DNA of 64,000 nucleotides, taken from positions 25,272 through 89,271 of the forward strand of contig JAENYP010000016.1 of NCBI GenBank assembly GCA_016841725.1. The letters run 5' to 3'. Both the position numbers and the translations under genes were made by a program. The first letter of the stretch is position 1. Every line of letters begins with the position of its first letter. The notes beneath the pieces were generated by a model that was given only the letters and a program-made list of their open reading frames with translations, did not search any database and was not told where the DNA came from. Origin of the DNA: Thermincola ferriacetica (GTDB lineage Bacteria > Bacillota > Thermincolia > Thermincolales > UBA2595). This document shows positions 1 through 9,879 of the stretch, one piece after another.

Positions 1-327
1 CTGAAGGAAGCGCCCCGCATTTCTGACACTTTCCTCTACCGAAACCTGGTATGACATAAAAGGCATATCTGCAACCACCATAGCATTTTGAGCCCCCCTG
101 GAAACAGCCTTGGTGTGAATCAGCATATCTTCCATGGTCACGGGTATAGTAGAGTCATAACCCAAGAGCACATTTCCCAGGGAATCCCCCACCAGCAGTA
201 TTTCAATACCTGCCTGGTCCAGCATTTTGGCCATGGAATAGTCATAACACGTGAGTACAGTTATCTTCTCACCACGTGCCATCATTTCCCTAAGCTTAAA
301 TGTGGTCACCTTGTTGTTATTCATCAT
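1..327 (-). CDS. panB: 3-methyl-2-oxobutanoate hydroxymethyltransferase (PanB), N-terminal part; gene continues past the window start
   Basis: Hand translation of the minus strand from the ATG at 325-327 gives [94 protein letters not shown], a canonical PanB N-terminus. ATGA start/stop overlap with the upstream gene. Missing from the ORF track only because it is open at the edge. Confidence 0.9.
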   Translation of the reverse strand, partial: MMNNNKVTTFKLREMMARGEKITVLTCYDYSMAKMLDQAGIEILLVGDSLGNVLLGYDSTIPVTMEDMLIHTKAVSRGAQNAMVVADMPFMSYQVSVEESVRNAGRFLQ

Positions 328-1199
328 TCAGCCCCCTCACAAAATAGTTTTAGCAGCCTGTTTCTTTGGGTTTCATCAATACTTCCTTTTTCCAATGCTA
401 TCTCAACAGTATAGCGACCTAATGTTTTATACAAGTCCGTATAGCTGTAATTCAATTTCGACACTACCTTCAGGTGTCCCCCGACAGTATCGGAATCCCC
501 CCTGGCAACAGGTCCGGTAAGGGATTTTACCGGGCCAAGTTCCTCTATATTTGATAAAGTGCCCCTGATTAGGGGTAATAATGCCGCTATGGCCTTGTCT
601 TCAGGGATGCCTATCGAGCCAAATATACTTAGGGCATAGTGCATCAGAGTTACAAGGTAATTGGAGGCAATAACCGCCCCCAGGTGGTATAGGGGTTTAT
701 CTTCCCCCTGTATGGTAAATGGCTTCCCTTCCAAATCACTGATTATTCTGTAGGCAATCTCCATTGCAGAGGCATCACCCTGAACAGCGAAAAATGAACC
801 CGGTAAATTCACCAGGGCCTGCTGAATCCCGGCAAATGACTGCAGTGGATGCAGCGAACAGATAACGCCACCCTGTTCCCTTAGTGGGGTAAGCACCTCT
901 GCGGGTAAAGCTCCACTCATATGAAAGAACCGGTGCTTTCCCCTGACCATCCCTGAACCGGCCAGCAAAGATGCCATATGGTCCAATTCGCGGTCAGGAG
1001 TTGTTATAAAAATTACCTCGGCAAAACCTAATAGTTCTACGGGATCGGCAAATGCTCTACAACCAAGCCTTTCAGCCAGGCTGGCAGCAGAGATTCCGGT
1101 CTTTGAGTAAAGCCCGGTAACCTGATGGCCTTTATCTTGGAGCAGAATGGCTACAGCTGAACCAACTACCCCGGTACCAATTACCCCAATCCTGTACAT
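324..1199 (-). CDS. Rossmann-fold NAD(P)-binding protein with DUF2520-like C-terminal domain; putative PanG-type ketopantoate reductase
   Basis: [16 protein letters not shown] dinucleotide-binding motif. Start moved to the ATG at 1199 (AAGGGG RBS 9 nt upstream). Translationally coupled to panB. Confidence 0.6.
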   Translation of the reverse strand: MYRIGVIGTGVVGSAVAILLQDKGHQVTGLYSKTGISAASLAERLGCRAFADPVELLGFAEVIFITTPDRELDHMASLLAGSGMVRGKHRFFHMSGALPAEVLTPLREQGGVICSLHPLQSFAGIQQALVNLPGSFFAVQGDASAMEIAYRIISDLEGKPFTIQGEDKPLYHLGAVIASNYLVTLMHYALSIFGSIGIPEDKAIAALLPLIRGTLSNIEELGPVKSLTGPVARGDSDTVGGHLKVVSKLNYSYTDLYKTLGRYTVEIALEKGSIDETQRNRLLKLFCEGAE

Positions 1200-1410
1200 G
1201 GTCATAAACCCCTTAACAGAATTTTTTGAAAACATCAAAAGAAATAAAAAAACCCTCCAGACTAAATCGGAAAGGTTTTTGATACACATCAATTATACCT
1301 TCCGTCTCGGTCCTCACGGCTCCAAGCGGCTCTTAGTTTTTAAAAAACGACAAAAAAGCAAAGCTCCCGGTGAAGTACCGCAAAACGGTTACTTCCCGAC
1401 GCCTATAATT

Positions 1411-1905
1411 TTACCACAATTTCCGGTTAATGCAAGCGAATTTTTTATTATCACTCAAAACTTCCGTGACCTGTGCAGCAGTCCTTCCATCAGGGAACTC
1501 CGCGCCAGGAGCAATTTCCACCAGAGGAACCATTACGAAGGCCCGCTCTGCCATCCTGGGGTGAGGAATTATCAAGCGCTCTGTGTTTATGCTCATCTGG
1601 TCATATAAAAGGATGTCCAGATCAATAGTCCGGGGCCCCCACCTAATTTTCCTAACCCTGCCAAGATCAGTTTCTATCTCCTGAAGTGTGCCCAAAAGCT
1701 CTTCCGGAGAAAGTACTGTGTCTATTTCGGCAACACAATTATGAAACCAGGCCTGTTCTTCATAGCCAACCGGTTCAGTCTCATAAACTGAGGAAGTTGC
1801 TGTAATCCTGGTTCCCTCTATCCCGTCAATCCTTTTCAGGGCAGTTTCCAGATTTAAAATCGGGTTACCCATATTGGATCCCAGTCCGATATACGCACGG
1901 GGCAT
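1411..1905 (-). CDS. folK: 2-amino-4-hydroxy-6-hydroxymethyldihydropteridine diphosphokinase (HPPK)
   Basis: AYIGLGSNMGNP...RWGPRTIDLDILLY...HPRM motifs typical of FolK. Follows folB with a 1-nt overlap. Confidence 0.9.
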   Translation of the reverse strand: MPRAYIGLGSNMGNPILNLETALKRIDGIEGTRITATSSVYETEPVGYEEQAWFHNCVAEIDTVLSPEELLGTLQEIETDLGRVRKIRWGPRTIDLDILLYDQMSINTERLIIPHPRMAERAFVMVPLVEIAPGAEFPDGRTAAQVTEVLSDNKKFACINRKLW

Positions 1906-2273
1906 TATAACTTGGTCCCCCTTATAATTTCGCAGCCCATAAAATCAAAAATTCCGCTAATGGGAGCATGAGGTTTACGCACATTCACCCGCACCAGGTC
2001 AATGCGGTAATTTGCCAGGATTTCCTGGGCGACTGTCTCAGCAAGAGCTTCGATTAAATTAAAATTCTTCTGGGTGACGATATTTTTTACTGCTGCATAT
2101 ATATCCGCATAATTTATCGTATGGTTAACATCATCTGTCTCACCGGCTTTTCTCAAGTCCAGAGTGAGTTCAACATCAAATATAAATTTCTGTCCCATAG
2201 CCTTTTCTTCCGGAAAAACACCATGTCTCCCGTAAAACTGCATCCCGGAGAGCAGGATTTTATCTTTAGCCAA
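1905..2273 (-). CDS. folB: dihydroneopterin aldolase
   Basis: ILLSGMQFYGRHGVFPEEKAMGQKF...INYADIY is a FolB signature. Lies in the fol operon. Confidence 0.9.
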   Translation of the reverse strand: MAKDKILLSGMQFYGRHGVFPEEKAMGQKFIFDVELTLDLRKAGETDDVNHTINYADIYAAVKNIVTQKNFNLIEALAETVAQEILANYRIDLVRVNVRKPHAPISGIFDFMGCEIIRGTKL

Positions 2274-2278
2274 ATCTA

Positions 2279-3463
2279 TTACCTCCTTACCATAGCATCT
2301 GTCATCCTTACAACCCGAGCCATTTCCTTAATATCATGGACCCTTACGATTTCTGCTCCCTGTACGATTCCAAGGGTTATTGTAGCTGCGGTGCCCTCAA
2401 TCCTTTCGGTCACCGGAAGATTTAGGGTATTGCCAATCATGGACTTCCTTGATGTGCCCAAAAGCATTGGATACCCCAGTGTCTTAAACTCCCACAGCCG
2501 GTGCATTACCTCAAGATTCTGGTCAGTATCCTTTCCAAACCCAATACCCGGATCTATAATAATATTTTCCTGTCTCACGCCAGCCCGAAGTGCCCTATCC
2601 ACACTTTCCTGCAAAGCGCTAAGGACATCATCCATCATACTGTGGTATTCTGTACCATTTTGGTTATGCATCAAAACCAGGGGTACATCTTCATACCTGG
2701 CCACAACGTCTGCCATGTCAGGATCAGCCTGAAGACCCCAGATATCGTTTATTATATGAGCCCCTTCTTCCAGCGCCTGCCTGGCAACCTCTGCCTTATA
2801 GGTATCCACTGAAACAGGTACATCAATCTCTTTGACCAGCCTTTTCACAACCGGCAAAACGCGTTCCAATTCCGCATCCAGGGGTACGGGATCAGCCGTG
2901 GGCCTTGTTGATTCGCCGCCAATATCAATTATCTCTGCTCCCAGCTCAACCATTTCCCGGGCATGTTTTACAGCGGTGTCCAAATCAAAAAACCGGCCCC
3001 CATCGGAAAAGGAGTCAGGGGTAATGTTTAAAATACCCATAATAATAGTTCGTTCACCAAGCGGCAAATAATGTCCCCTGCAGTTTAATGCCTTATGGTT
3101 GTTCCCTTCCAGATTATTTAACACACGGCATAGAATCTCAGCCAATTTGCTCAACCCAAAGGGCTGTGCCTTCAACTTTTTAATAACCCTGTTAAAATGC
3201 TCTACAGTACCCATTAACAGCACATCAGTTGTCTCCACAGATAAATTCCCTACACCGCGGCTAACAGCCGCCTCTCCACCCTTTGAAAGCATCTCCTGTT
3301 TCAGGATAACTGCTGCCCTGACTGGAACATCTGCTACCTTGATAACCCTGTGTACTGCCTTGGGGGACATAATATTAACCCCTGAAACATCCGCCCCTGT
3401 CAGAGCAAGCTCCTTTTTAGCCTCTTCGATATCACCTACTCTGATTGCCCGAACTGTAAACAC
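2279..3463 (-). CDS. folP: dihydropteroate synthase with an extra ~120-aa N-terminal domain
   Basis: The C-terminal ~270 aa carry pterin-binding DHPS motifs (IMGILNITPDSFSDGG, DIGGESTRP, INDIWG, SRKS). The N-terminal extension is not recognised. Confidence 0.85.
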   Translation of the reverse strand: MFTVRAIRVGDIEEAKKELALTGADVSGVNIMSPKAVHRVIKVADVPVRAAVILKQEMLSKGGEAAVSRGVGNLSVETTDVLLMGTVEHFNRVIKKLKAQPFGLSKLAEILCRVLNNLEGNNHKALNCRGHYLPLGERTIIMGILNITPDSFSDGGRFFDLDTAVKHAREMVELGAEIIDIGGESTRPTADPVPLDAELERVLPVVKRLVKEIDVPVSVDTYKAEVARQALEEGAHIINDIWGLQADPDMADVVARYEDVPLVLMHNQNGTEYHSMMDDVLSALQESVDRALRAGVRQENIIIDPGIGFGKDTDQNLEVMHRLWEFKTLGYPMLLGTSRKSMIGNTLNLPVTERIEGTAATITLGIVQGAEIVRVHDIKEMARVVRMTDAMVRR

Positions 3464-3512
3464 TTTTTCATTCCCCCAAATCTGCTAAGATTGTAGTCAT
3501 TAAACTTTTTCC

Positions 3513-4097
3513 CTAATATACAAGTTCAATCCGGCCAGTTTCCATCTGTGCAATTTTATAGCACTCATCGGCAGCTTCACAGCGGGTACACTGCCTGGAT
3601 AGCCGGTCGGCCTTGTGCAGATACTTCCCCAGTAAAGACTTTTCCTCAGGCAGCCTCCGGTGTTCTCTAATCCCTCTAATTATTATTTCTGTTTCTTTTT
3701 CATTAAATCCCGTTTTTTGCAGCAGCTCCTCAGCCAGTACTGCGCCGGCCTTTGCATGGTCCTCCCCGGCTGCATATTCCTTCCAGCGGCCGATATCATG
3801 CAGGAGGGCAGCGGCATAAATAATTTCCCTTGCCAGGCGCAGGTTAAAATCATTTTCCTCCATAAAACTCCGGATTTCTCCTGTCTCCAGCAAAAGTATA
3901 TAAGCAATCCTGGCGACATCCACCAGATGCTGAAAATTATGTCTGCAAAACTTTCGGTTCTTTTCAGCCGCTGCATTCTTATCAAGATAACCTCTGTACA
4001 ACTCGTCCTTTAATAACCCGTCCAGCCTGTCCACAGGACTACCTCCGTTGCAGCAGGTGGTCCGCAAACCCCTTACTGTTAGTTTGCTTAACAGCAT
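3513..4097 (-). CDS. HD-domain metal-dependent phosphohydrolase
   Basis: H...LLHDIGR...D motif pattern of the HD superfamily. First gene of the folP-folB-folK string. Confidence 0.7.
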   Translation of the reverse strand: MLLSKLTVRGLRTTCCNGGSPVDRLDGLLKDELYRGYLDKNAAAEKNRKFCRHNFQHLVDVARIAYILLLETGEIRSFMEENDFNLRLAREIIYAAALLHDIGRWKEYAAGEDHAKAGAVLAEELLQKTGFNEKETEIIIRGIREHRRLPEEKSLLGKYLHKADRLSRQCTRCEAADECYKIAQMETGRIELVY

Positions 4098-4114
4098 AGC
4101 ACCCTTTAATTAAA

Positions 4115-4144
4115 TCGGGGAGGTTTGCCTTACAAACCTCCCCG
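4115..4144 (-). terminator. intrinsic terminator hairpin downstream of fhs
   Basis: 13-bp GC-rich inverted repeat TCGGGGAGGTTTG/CAAACCTCCCCGA placed right after the fhs stop codon. Confidence 0.55.
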
Positions 4145-4159
4145 ATCATATCAACTTTT

Positions 4160-5935
4160 TTAGAACAATCCGCTTACTTCACCAGTCTCAGTATTCACAT
4201 CGACTCTTCTGTAAGCCGGGTCAGAAGCAGTACCAGGCATCAGGCTGATATCTCCAGCCATCGGGCACAGGAACTTGGCGCCACTGTAGACCAATATGTC
4301 ACGGATCGGCAGCATCCAGTTCTTGGGTACACCCTTCACTGTCGGGTCATGAGACAGACTCAGGTGTGTCTTAACCATCATAGTTTGGAAATCAGCGAAC
4401 TGCGGGTCAGATTCAAACTTCTTGGCTTTAGCTTCAGCCATCGGTGACCACTGCACGCCGTCAGCACCGTATACTTCCTTGGCAATCAGTTCTACGCGCT
4501 GGCGAAGAGGCATTTCCAGCGGATAGAGCGGCTTGTAGTTAGATGGCTCGTTGCAGGCATCCATAACAACATCAGCCAGCTCAGCTGCGCCTTCGCCGCC
4601 ATACATCCAGTGATCAGACCTGGCAACCCGAACGCCAAACTCATTACACTTTTTCCTGATGAGATCAATTTCTGCATCACTATCAGTGTAGAAACTGTTG
4701 ATACATACAACCGGAACGATACCGGACTTCTTGACCACATTGACCATATGGAACAGGTTCTCACAGCCTTTTTCGACCAAGTCGAGGTTCTCCTGGGTAT
4801 ATTCGGCCGGCAGCGGACGTCCAGGGGCAACAGCCGGGCCGCCACCATGCATCTTAAGAGCACGGATAGTAGCAACGATTACGGACACGTTGGGAACATT
4901 GCCACTTAAGCGGCATTTTACGTTCCAGAACTTCTCGAAACCGATATCTGCAGCAAAACCAGACTCGGTTACAAGGTAGTCAAACAGTTTCATCCCTAAG
5001 CGGTCTGCAATAACTGAACTCTGTCCAATAGCAATATTAGCAAAGGGGCCGGCATGAACCAGTACAGGCTGGCCTTCCACCGAGTAACACAGAGTTGGGT
5101 TAATACAGTTTCTCATCCAGGCACACATTGCACCGGCTACGTCAAGGTCAGAGGTAGTAACCGGTTTGCCGGTCCGGTCATAAGCAACAGTAATCTTGCC
5201 AAGGCGATCTCTCAGGTCAGCAAGGTCACGGGAAACGGCGAGAATAGCCATTAACTCGGAACCAACGGCGATACCAAACCGTGACGGCATCGGATAACCG
5301 TCTTTCTTGCCGCCGAGGCCGATCATGATATTCCGCAGGGACTGGGCACAAAAGTCAATTACCCAACCCATTTCCATGTTTTTCGGGTCTATGTCCAGAC
5401 GTCTCAGGCCACGCTTGGTGAGCTCTTCGTCGGTATAGTTGCACTCGTGCTGATAACGGGATGTAGCAGCCACCATAGCGAGGTTATGAGCGTTCATGAT
5501 ATCATTGATATCCCCGGTGAGGCCGAGGGAAAATTCGGTCATAGGAATAAGCAGGGCATTTCCACCACCAGCTGCAGTCCCTTTAACGTTCATTGTGGGG
5601 CCGCCGGAAGGCTGGCGCAGCGCACCACCGACATTCTTACCTTTTACGCCAAGTCCCTGGATAAGACCCATGGCAACAGTTGTTTTTCCTTCACCAAAAG
5701 GAGTTGGGGTGATAGCGGTAACTTCAATAAATTTGCCGTCAGGCTTGTCTTTCAAGCGGTTCATAATTTTCAGGAAATCAAGCTTAGGAGTCTTCCCGAA
5801 AGGAATCATTTCTTCTTTTTCAAGCCCAAGTTTTTCAATCCACTCTTCCGGAGTCGGTAGAAACTTTTCAGCCTCTTGAGCAATTTGGTAATCTTTAAAC
5901 TTTGTCGGGTCCATAGATCTCGGATTGTAAGGCAT
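4160..5935 (-). CDS. fhs: formate--tetrahydrofolate ligase
   Basis: [12 protein letters not shown]-loop and full-length Fhs-like sequence. RBS GAAGGGAGAGG. Confidence 0.95.
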   Translation of the reverse strand: MPYNPRSMDPTKFKDYQIAQEAEKFLPTPEEWIEKLGLEKEEMIPFGKTPKLDFLKIMNRLKDKPDGKFIEVTAITPTPFGEGKTTVAMGLIQGLGVKGKNVGGALRQPSGGPTMNVKGTAAGGGNALLIPMTEFSLGLTGDINDIMNAHNLAMVAATSRYQHECNYTDEELTKRGLRRLDIDPKNMEMGWVIDFCAQSLRNIMIGLGGKKDGYPMPSRFGIAVGSELMAILAVSRDLADLRDRLGKITVAYDRTGKPVTTSDLDVAGAMCAWMRNCINPTLCYSVEGQPVLVHAGPFANIAIGQSSVIADRLGMKLFDYLVTESGFAADIGFEKFWNVKCRLSGNVPNVSVIVATIRALKMHGGGPAVAPGRPLPAEYTQENLDLVEKGCENLFHMVNVVKKSGIVPVVCINSFYTDSDAEIDLIRKKCNEFGVRVARSDHWMYGGEGAAELADVVMDACNEPSNYKPLYPLEMPLRQRVELIAKEVYGADGVQWSPMAEAKAKKFESDPQFADFQTMMVKTHLSLSHDPTVKGVPKNWMLPIRDILVYSGAKFLCPMAGDISLMPGTASDPAYRRVDVNTETGEVSGLF

Positions 5936-6332
5936 TTAAAAAATCCTCTCCCTTCGTTTGCTTATAATTTTGATTTTAAAAATCTGTGCAATTCTTTGTG
6001 TTCGATACTTCTCTAAACAACCAACCCCCTTTTTCTTAATTAGATATCTTGTATCTTACGGCAGCCTGTTTACATATATATAATAATTTTCGACTGCCTG
6101 CCTTTCAGGGTGATTTAGCCCTGGAGAACAGCTTATGAAAACAATCACAATCCCATTCCCGCAACAAGGGTAGATATAGAAACTTTAGTTCGGTTTATAC
6201 ATATTCGCTATTTTCACGAAATCTCCTGCCAATAAAGACAAAATATTTAAAAAATTAGTACTCCTGCCTGACCGGGAACTATTATCCTCAGTATCCACTT
6301 TATAACTTATGTATGCTTGTTTCACTACAGAA

Positions 6333-6734
6333 CTATTGCCGGGAACCCTTTCCGATAATTTTTTTCATGAATTTATCGGTATTTATAATAAACCTTTCAT
6401 GAATTCCTTCACCTATCCTGCCAACTTCGTCAAAAGCCTCAACCCTAAATACCAGCCTTTTTCCGTCGATTTCCATTAATTCTGATTTCGCTGTTACTTC
6501 CATACCCACTGGTGTCGCTGCACTATGTGTTGAACTGATTTTAATACCTACCGTAGTATTTCCCTCAGATAAATACCGGGCAACAGAAGTCAATGCCGCA
6601 TTCTCCATCAGCGCTATCATCGCCGGTGTTGCAAAAACGGGTACACCGCCACTCCCGTGTGCTATTGCGGTATCCCTTTCGGTCACTACAACTCTGATTT
6701 CTCCCAAAAGCCCGGTCTGTAAAGATGCCTCCAT
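6333..6734 (-). CDS. hotdog-fold thioesterase (FlK/PaaI-like)
   Basis: VVTERDTA...GSGGVPVFATPAMIALMENA pattern of the thioesterase superfamily. Start moved to the ATG at 6734 behind a GAGGGGG RBS. Confidence 0.7.
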   Translation of the reverse strand: MEASLQTGLLGEIRVVVTERDTAIAHGSGGVPVFATPAMIALMENAALTSVARYLSEGNTTVGIKISSTHSAATPVGMEVTAKSELMEIDGKRLVFRVEAFDEVGRIGEGIHERFIINTDKFMKKIIGKGSRQ

Positions 6735-6979
6735 ACTCGCACCCCCTCTGTTCAAATCTTTGTGGTATAGTAGTGGTATAGTAAAGGTAAAATTCGGTGT
6801 CTTTGGTAAAATTCCTGCTAAAAGATGATAAATAAGTTGCCCCACCATTTATTTCCCAAACTTAGAAAATTAGTACAACTATTTTGTTTAAAGCAGGAAT
6901 CCCGTTCTATCTGTAGAAATAATAATATCTTGACCCCATCATAAAAATTTCTACACAATATTAGCGAAGGAGGACTGTG

Positions 6980-7207
6980 ATGCGTGTGAATTTTTCAGTC
7001 ACTGACAAACACCGGGAAAAGGATTTCTATTTCGAGAAATATATGTGTCCCTTCTGCGTTACCTCTATGGGCACACCCGGGGAACTGACAATTGCAGTTG
7101 AAAAATCGACCTTACGAGTCGCCTGGACCGAGTGTACCAAGGGTTATGCCAACTGCTGCGCTATTGCGGAACTCCATGCTAAATTAATCATATCTGAACC
7201 ACATTAA
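6980..7207 (+). CDS. small hypothetical protein (75 aa, CPFC and CC motifs)
   Basis: Strong GAAGGAGG RBS 6 nt upstream of the ATG. Followed by a terminator hairpin. No recognisable family. Confidence 0.4.
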   Translation: MRVNFSVTDKHREKDFYFEKYMCPFCVTSMGTPGELTIAVEKSTLRVAWTECTKGYANCCAIAELHAKLIISEPH

Positions 7208-7232
7208 GTCTTACATCAAGGTTTTAAAATAC

Positions 7233-7268
7233 AAAAAACAGCAGTTCTTTTCAGATCTGCTGTTTTTA
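7233..7268. terminator. bidirectional terminator between the small ORF (+) and ndk (-)
   Basis: ACAGCAG/CTGCTGT stem flanked by an A-tract upstream and a T-tract downstream. Confidence 0.55.
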
Positions 7269-7289
7269 TTCTGTCATTATTTCTTTTTA

Positions 7290-7739
7290 TTATTCGTAAA
7301 TCCACCTGTCAAGTACCATCTGGTACTCACAAAGTTCCTTTTCGGTAAAGTAAATCCCAATCTCCCTGGCTGCACTCTCAACAGAATCAGAGCCATGAAT
7401 TACATTTCGACCGACCTCAATTGCATAATCGCCCCTGATGGTTCCTGCACCTGAATTAGCGGGATTAGTGGCTCCATTCATAGCGCGGGCTGTGCTGACA
7501 ACATCTTTGCCTTCAAGTACCATAGCTACCACAGGACCTGAGGTTATATATGCTGCCAGGGCTTCAAAAAAGGGTTTGCCAATATGTTCTTTATAATGTT
7601 TTTCTGCCATAGCCCTATCCAACTGAAGCATTTTAAGTCCCGCAATCTTAAAACCCTTTTTTTCAAAACGGGAAATTATTTCACCCACCAGGTTTCTTTG
7701 CACACCGTCAGGCTTAATCATCACATAAGTTCTTTCCAA
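7290..7739 (-). CDS. ndk: nucleoside-diphosphate kinase
   Basis: [13 protein letters not shown]...NVIHGSDS motifs. TTG start behind a GGGAGGGG RBS. Confidence 0.95.
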   Translation of the reverse strand: MERTYVMIKPDGVQRNLVGEIISRFEKKGFKIAGLKMLQLDRAMAEKHYKEHIGKPFFEALAAYITSGPVVAMVLEGKDVVSTARAMNGATNPANSGAGTIRGDYAIEVGRNVIHGSDSVESAAREIGIYFTEKELCEYQMVLDRWIYE

Positions 7740-7822
7740 GATAGTTTCCCCTCCCGAACAACAATTTTAAAAATCTAACAGCCTAATCTTTATCTGATTT
7801 GTTATTATTATCTTCTGGTCCT

Positions 7823-9805
7823 TTACTTAATTTCAGGAACCTCGTCCTGCGGAGGGCCGGGAAGGTCATCTCCAACCTCTTGTTCGGTCGTAATGTCAGC
7901 TGACTTTTGTTCATCTTGACCCCTGTTAAGAACTGTCCTGCCCATATCCTGCTCATGTTCCCTGGCGAGTCGTTCTTCTTTGACTTCTGCCACAGTCTTG
8001 TCTTCTATAAGGGCAGTAAATTCATCAGAATCCAGGGTCTCTTTATCCATCAGGGTATTGGCTATGAGATGCAGTTTCTCAATACTGTCCTTGAGAAGCT
8101 GTTCCGCTTTGCTGTAACACCCATCGATAATCTTGCGAACTTCCTTATCTATCGCGGAAGCAACCTCTTCACTATAATCACGGTCCCGCGCAATATCACG
8201 TCCCAGGAAGACCTGCTCGGTTTTCTTGCCAAGGGTTAGTGGACCTATCGCCGTACTCATGCCATACTCCATTATCATCTTACGGGCAATAGCGGTAGCC
8301 CGTTCCAGGTCATTTTGCGCTCCGGTGCTGACATCACCCAGCACCAAACTTTCAGCTACACGCCCTCCCAGCAGAACAACTATCTCGTCAAGCAGCATGG
8401 ACCTGGTGCGATAGTACCGGTCTTCTGTCGGAAGGATAAGTGTATACCCTCCGGCACGGCCCCGGGGAATAATTGATACCTTATGAACCGGATCGGTATC
8501 AGGGAGCAGTGTGCTCACAAGAGCATGTCCGGCTTCATGATAAGAAACCAGTTTCTTCTCCTTATCACTGATTACCTTTGATTTCTTTTCAGGACCGGCC
8601 ACTACCCTCTCAATAGAGTCTTCCATTTCGGCCATCCCAATCTGCTTTTTGTTTCGCCGGGCTGCCAGCAGTGCGCCCTCATTGACCATATTAGCCAGGT
8701 CTGCCCCGGTAAATCCGGGTGTCCTTCTGGCCAGAACCGAGAGATCCACATCTCCGTTAAGGGGTTTCCCCTTAATGTGTACCTGTAATATCTCCTGGCG
8801 GCCTGAAACATCAGGAACATCCACAACTATCTGCCTGTCAAAACGTCCCGGCCTTAATAGCGCCGGGTCGAGAATGTCCGGCCTGTTGGTAGCTGCAATA
8901 ATGATAATGCCCTCATTGGGGCTGAAACCATCCATCTCCACCAGCAGCTGGTTCAGGGTCTGCTCACGCTCGTCATGCCCCCCGCCTAATCCGGCACCAC
9001 GCTGACGGCCTACCGCATCAATTTCATCAATAAATACTATACACGGTGAGTTCTTTTTGGCCTGTTCAAATAAATCACGGACTCGGGATGCACCCACACC
9101 GACAAACATTTCCACAAAGTCGGAACCGCTGATACTAAAAAACGGGACTCCGGCTTCACCGGCAACAGCTCTTGCCAGAAGTGTCTTGCCTGTACCGGGA
9201 GAACCAAACAAAAGCACTCCTTTTGGTATTTTGGCACCCAACTCATTGAATTTTTTCGGATGCTTCAGAAATTCAACTACTTCTTCAAGTTCCTGCTTAA
9301 CTTCATCCGCTCCGGCAACATCCTCAAAGGTGACCTTCTTTTTATCGTCAGAATGAAGCCGAGCCCTGCTTTTCCCAAATGACATGACACGATTTCCGCC
9401 GCCTTGAGTCTGGTTAAGCATAAAGAATACGATTCCAATTAGCAGCAATATAGGCAGGAAGTTAATAAACAGATTGGTCCACCAAGGAGCCTTTGGCGTA
9501 GGCTTGTATGATACCTTCACCTTTTCTTTCTGGCCTCTCAGCTTCTCTGCTATCTTATCCATCTCTTCGACTGAGCCTATGGAGGTAAACTGCTTGCCAT
9601 CCTTGAACTCACCTGTTATATTGGTAACCTGTTCTTCAGGCTGAATACTTATTTGTGCAATTGCACCCTTTTGGATTTGCTCATACAATTCATCACTGGT
9701 AAGTTCCGTGACAGGCGTTTGTGCCGGGGAAGTGTACCTAATAATAGCAACTGCCAAAACAACAATTAACAGGTAAATACTGAGATTCTTAAAAATACGG
9801 TTCAT
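7823..9805 (-). CDS. ftsH: ATP-dependent zinc metalloprotease FtsH
   Basis: Two N-terminal TM segments, Walker A GSPGTGKT, second region of homology, and HEAGH zinc motif. Start at the ATG at 9805 behind GGAGAGGGG. Confidence 0.95.
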   Translation of the reverse strand: MNRIFKNLSIYLLIVVLAVAIIRYTSPAQTPVTELTSDELYEQIQKGAIAQISIQPEEQVTNITGEFKDGKQFTSIGSVEEMDKIAEKLRGQKEKVKVSYKPTPKAPWWTNLFINFLPILLLIGIVFFMLNQTQGGGNRVMSFGKSRARLHSDDKKKVTFEDVAGADEVKQELEEVVEFLKHPKKFNELGAKIPKGVLLFGSPGTGKTLLARAVAGEAGVPFFSISGSDFVEMFVGVGASRVRDLFEQAKKNSPCIVFIDEIDAVGRQRGAGLGGGHDEREQTLNQLLVEMDGFSPNEGIIIIAATNRPDILDPALLRPGRFDRQIVVDVPDVSGRQEILQVHIKGKPLNGDVDLSVLARRTPGFTGADLANMVNEGALLAARRNKKQIGMAEMEDSIERVVAGPEKKSKVISDKEKKLVSYHEAGHALVSTLLPDTDPVHKVSIIPRGRAGGYTLILPTEDRYYRTRSMLLDEIVVLLGGRVAESLVLGDVSTGAQNDLERATAIARKMIMEYGMSTAIGPLTLGKKTEQVFLGRDIARDRDYSEEVASAIDKEVRKIIDGCYSKAEQLLKDSIEKLHLIANTLMDKETLDSDEFTALIEDKTVAEVKEERLAREHEQDMGRTVLNRGQDEQKSADITTEQEVGDDLPGPPQDEVPEIK

Positions 9806-9879
9806 CACTTCACCCCTCTCCAATTAACGGATCCAAAAGTAATTATACTCAGTAATTGTAACACAAAACATTTTTCTTT

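Noticed and set aside
88-520. Plus-strand ORFs 88..414 and 251..520 from the ORF track.
   Set aside because: They lie antisense to clearly recognisable panB and to the DUF2520 gene. They have no RBS and an odd H/S/F-rich composition, so they are shadow ORFs.
1200-1300. A hairpin plus U-tract in the leader of the panG-like/panB operon as a transcription attenuator.
   Set aside because: The stem needs several G-U pairs and a mismatch, and no alternative antiterminator is evident. This is too weak to report.
1147-1608. Plus-strand ORF of 153 aa spanning the panG-like/folK intergenic region.
   Set aside because: It overlaps the ends of two well-supported minus-strand genes and a terminator/promoter region. 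Nothing supports it as coding.
5936-6332. A ZTP (pfl) or THF riboswitch upstream of fhs.
   Set aside because: I searched the coding strand for the conserved cores (GGGTCGTGAC.../CCGCCTGGGC for ZTP, the THF-I core). Only a weak CGACTGCCTGCC resemblance was found, and it is on the wrong strand. I do not call a riboswitch without a covariance-model scan.
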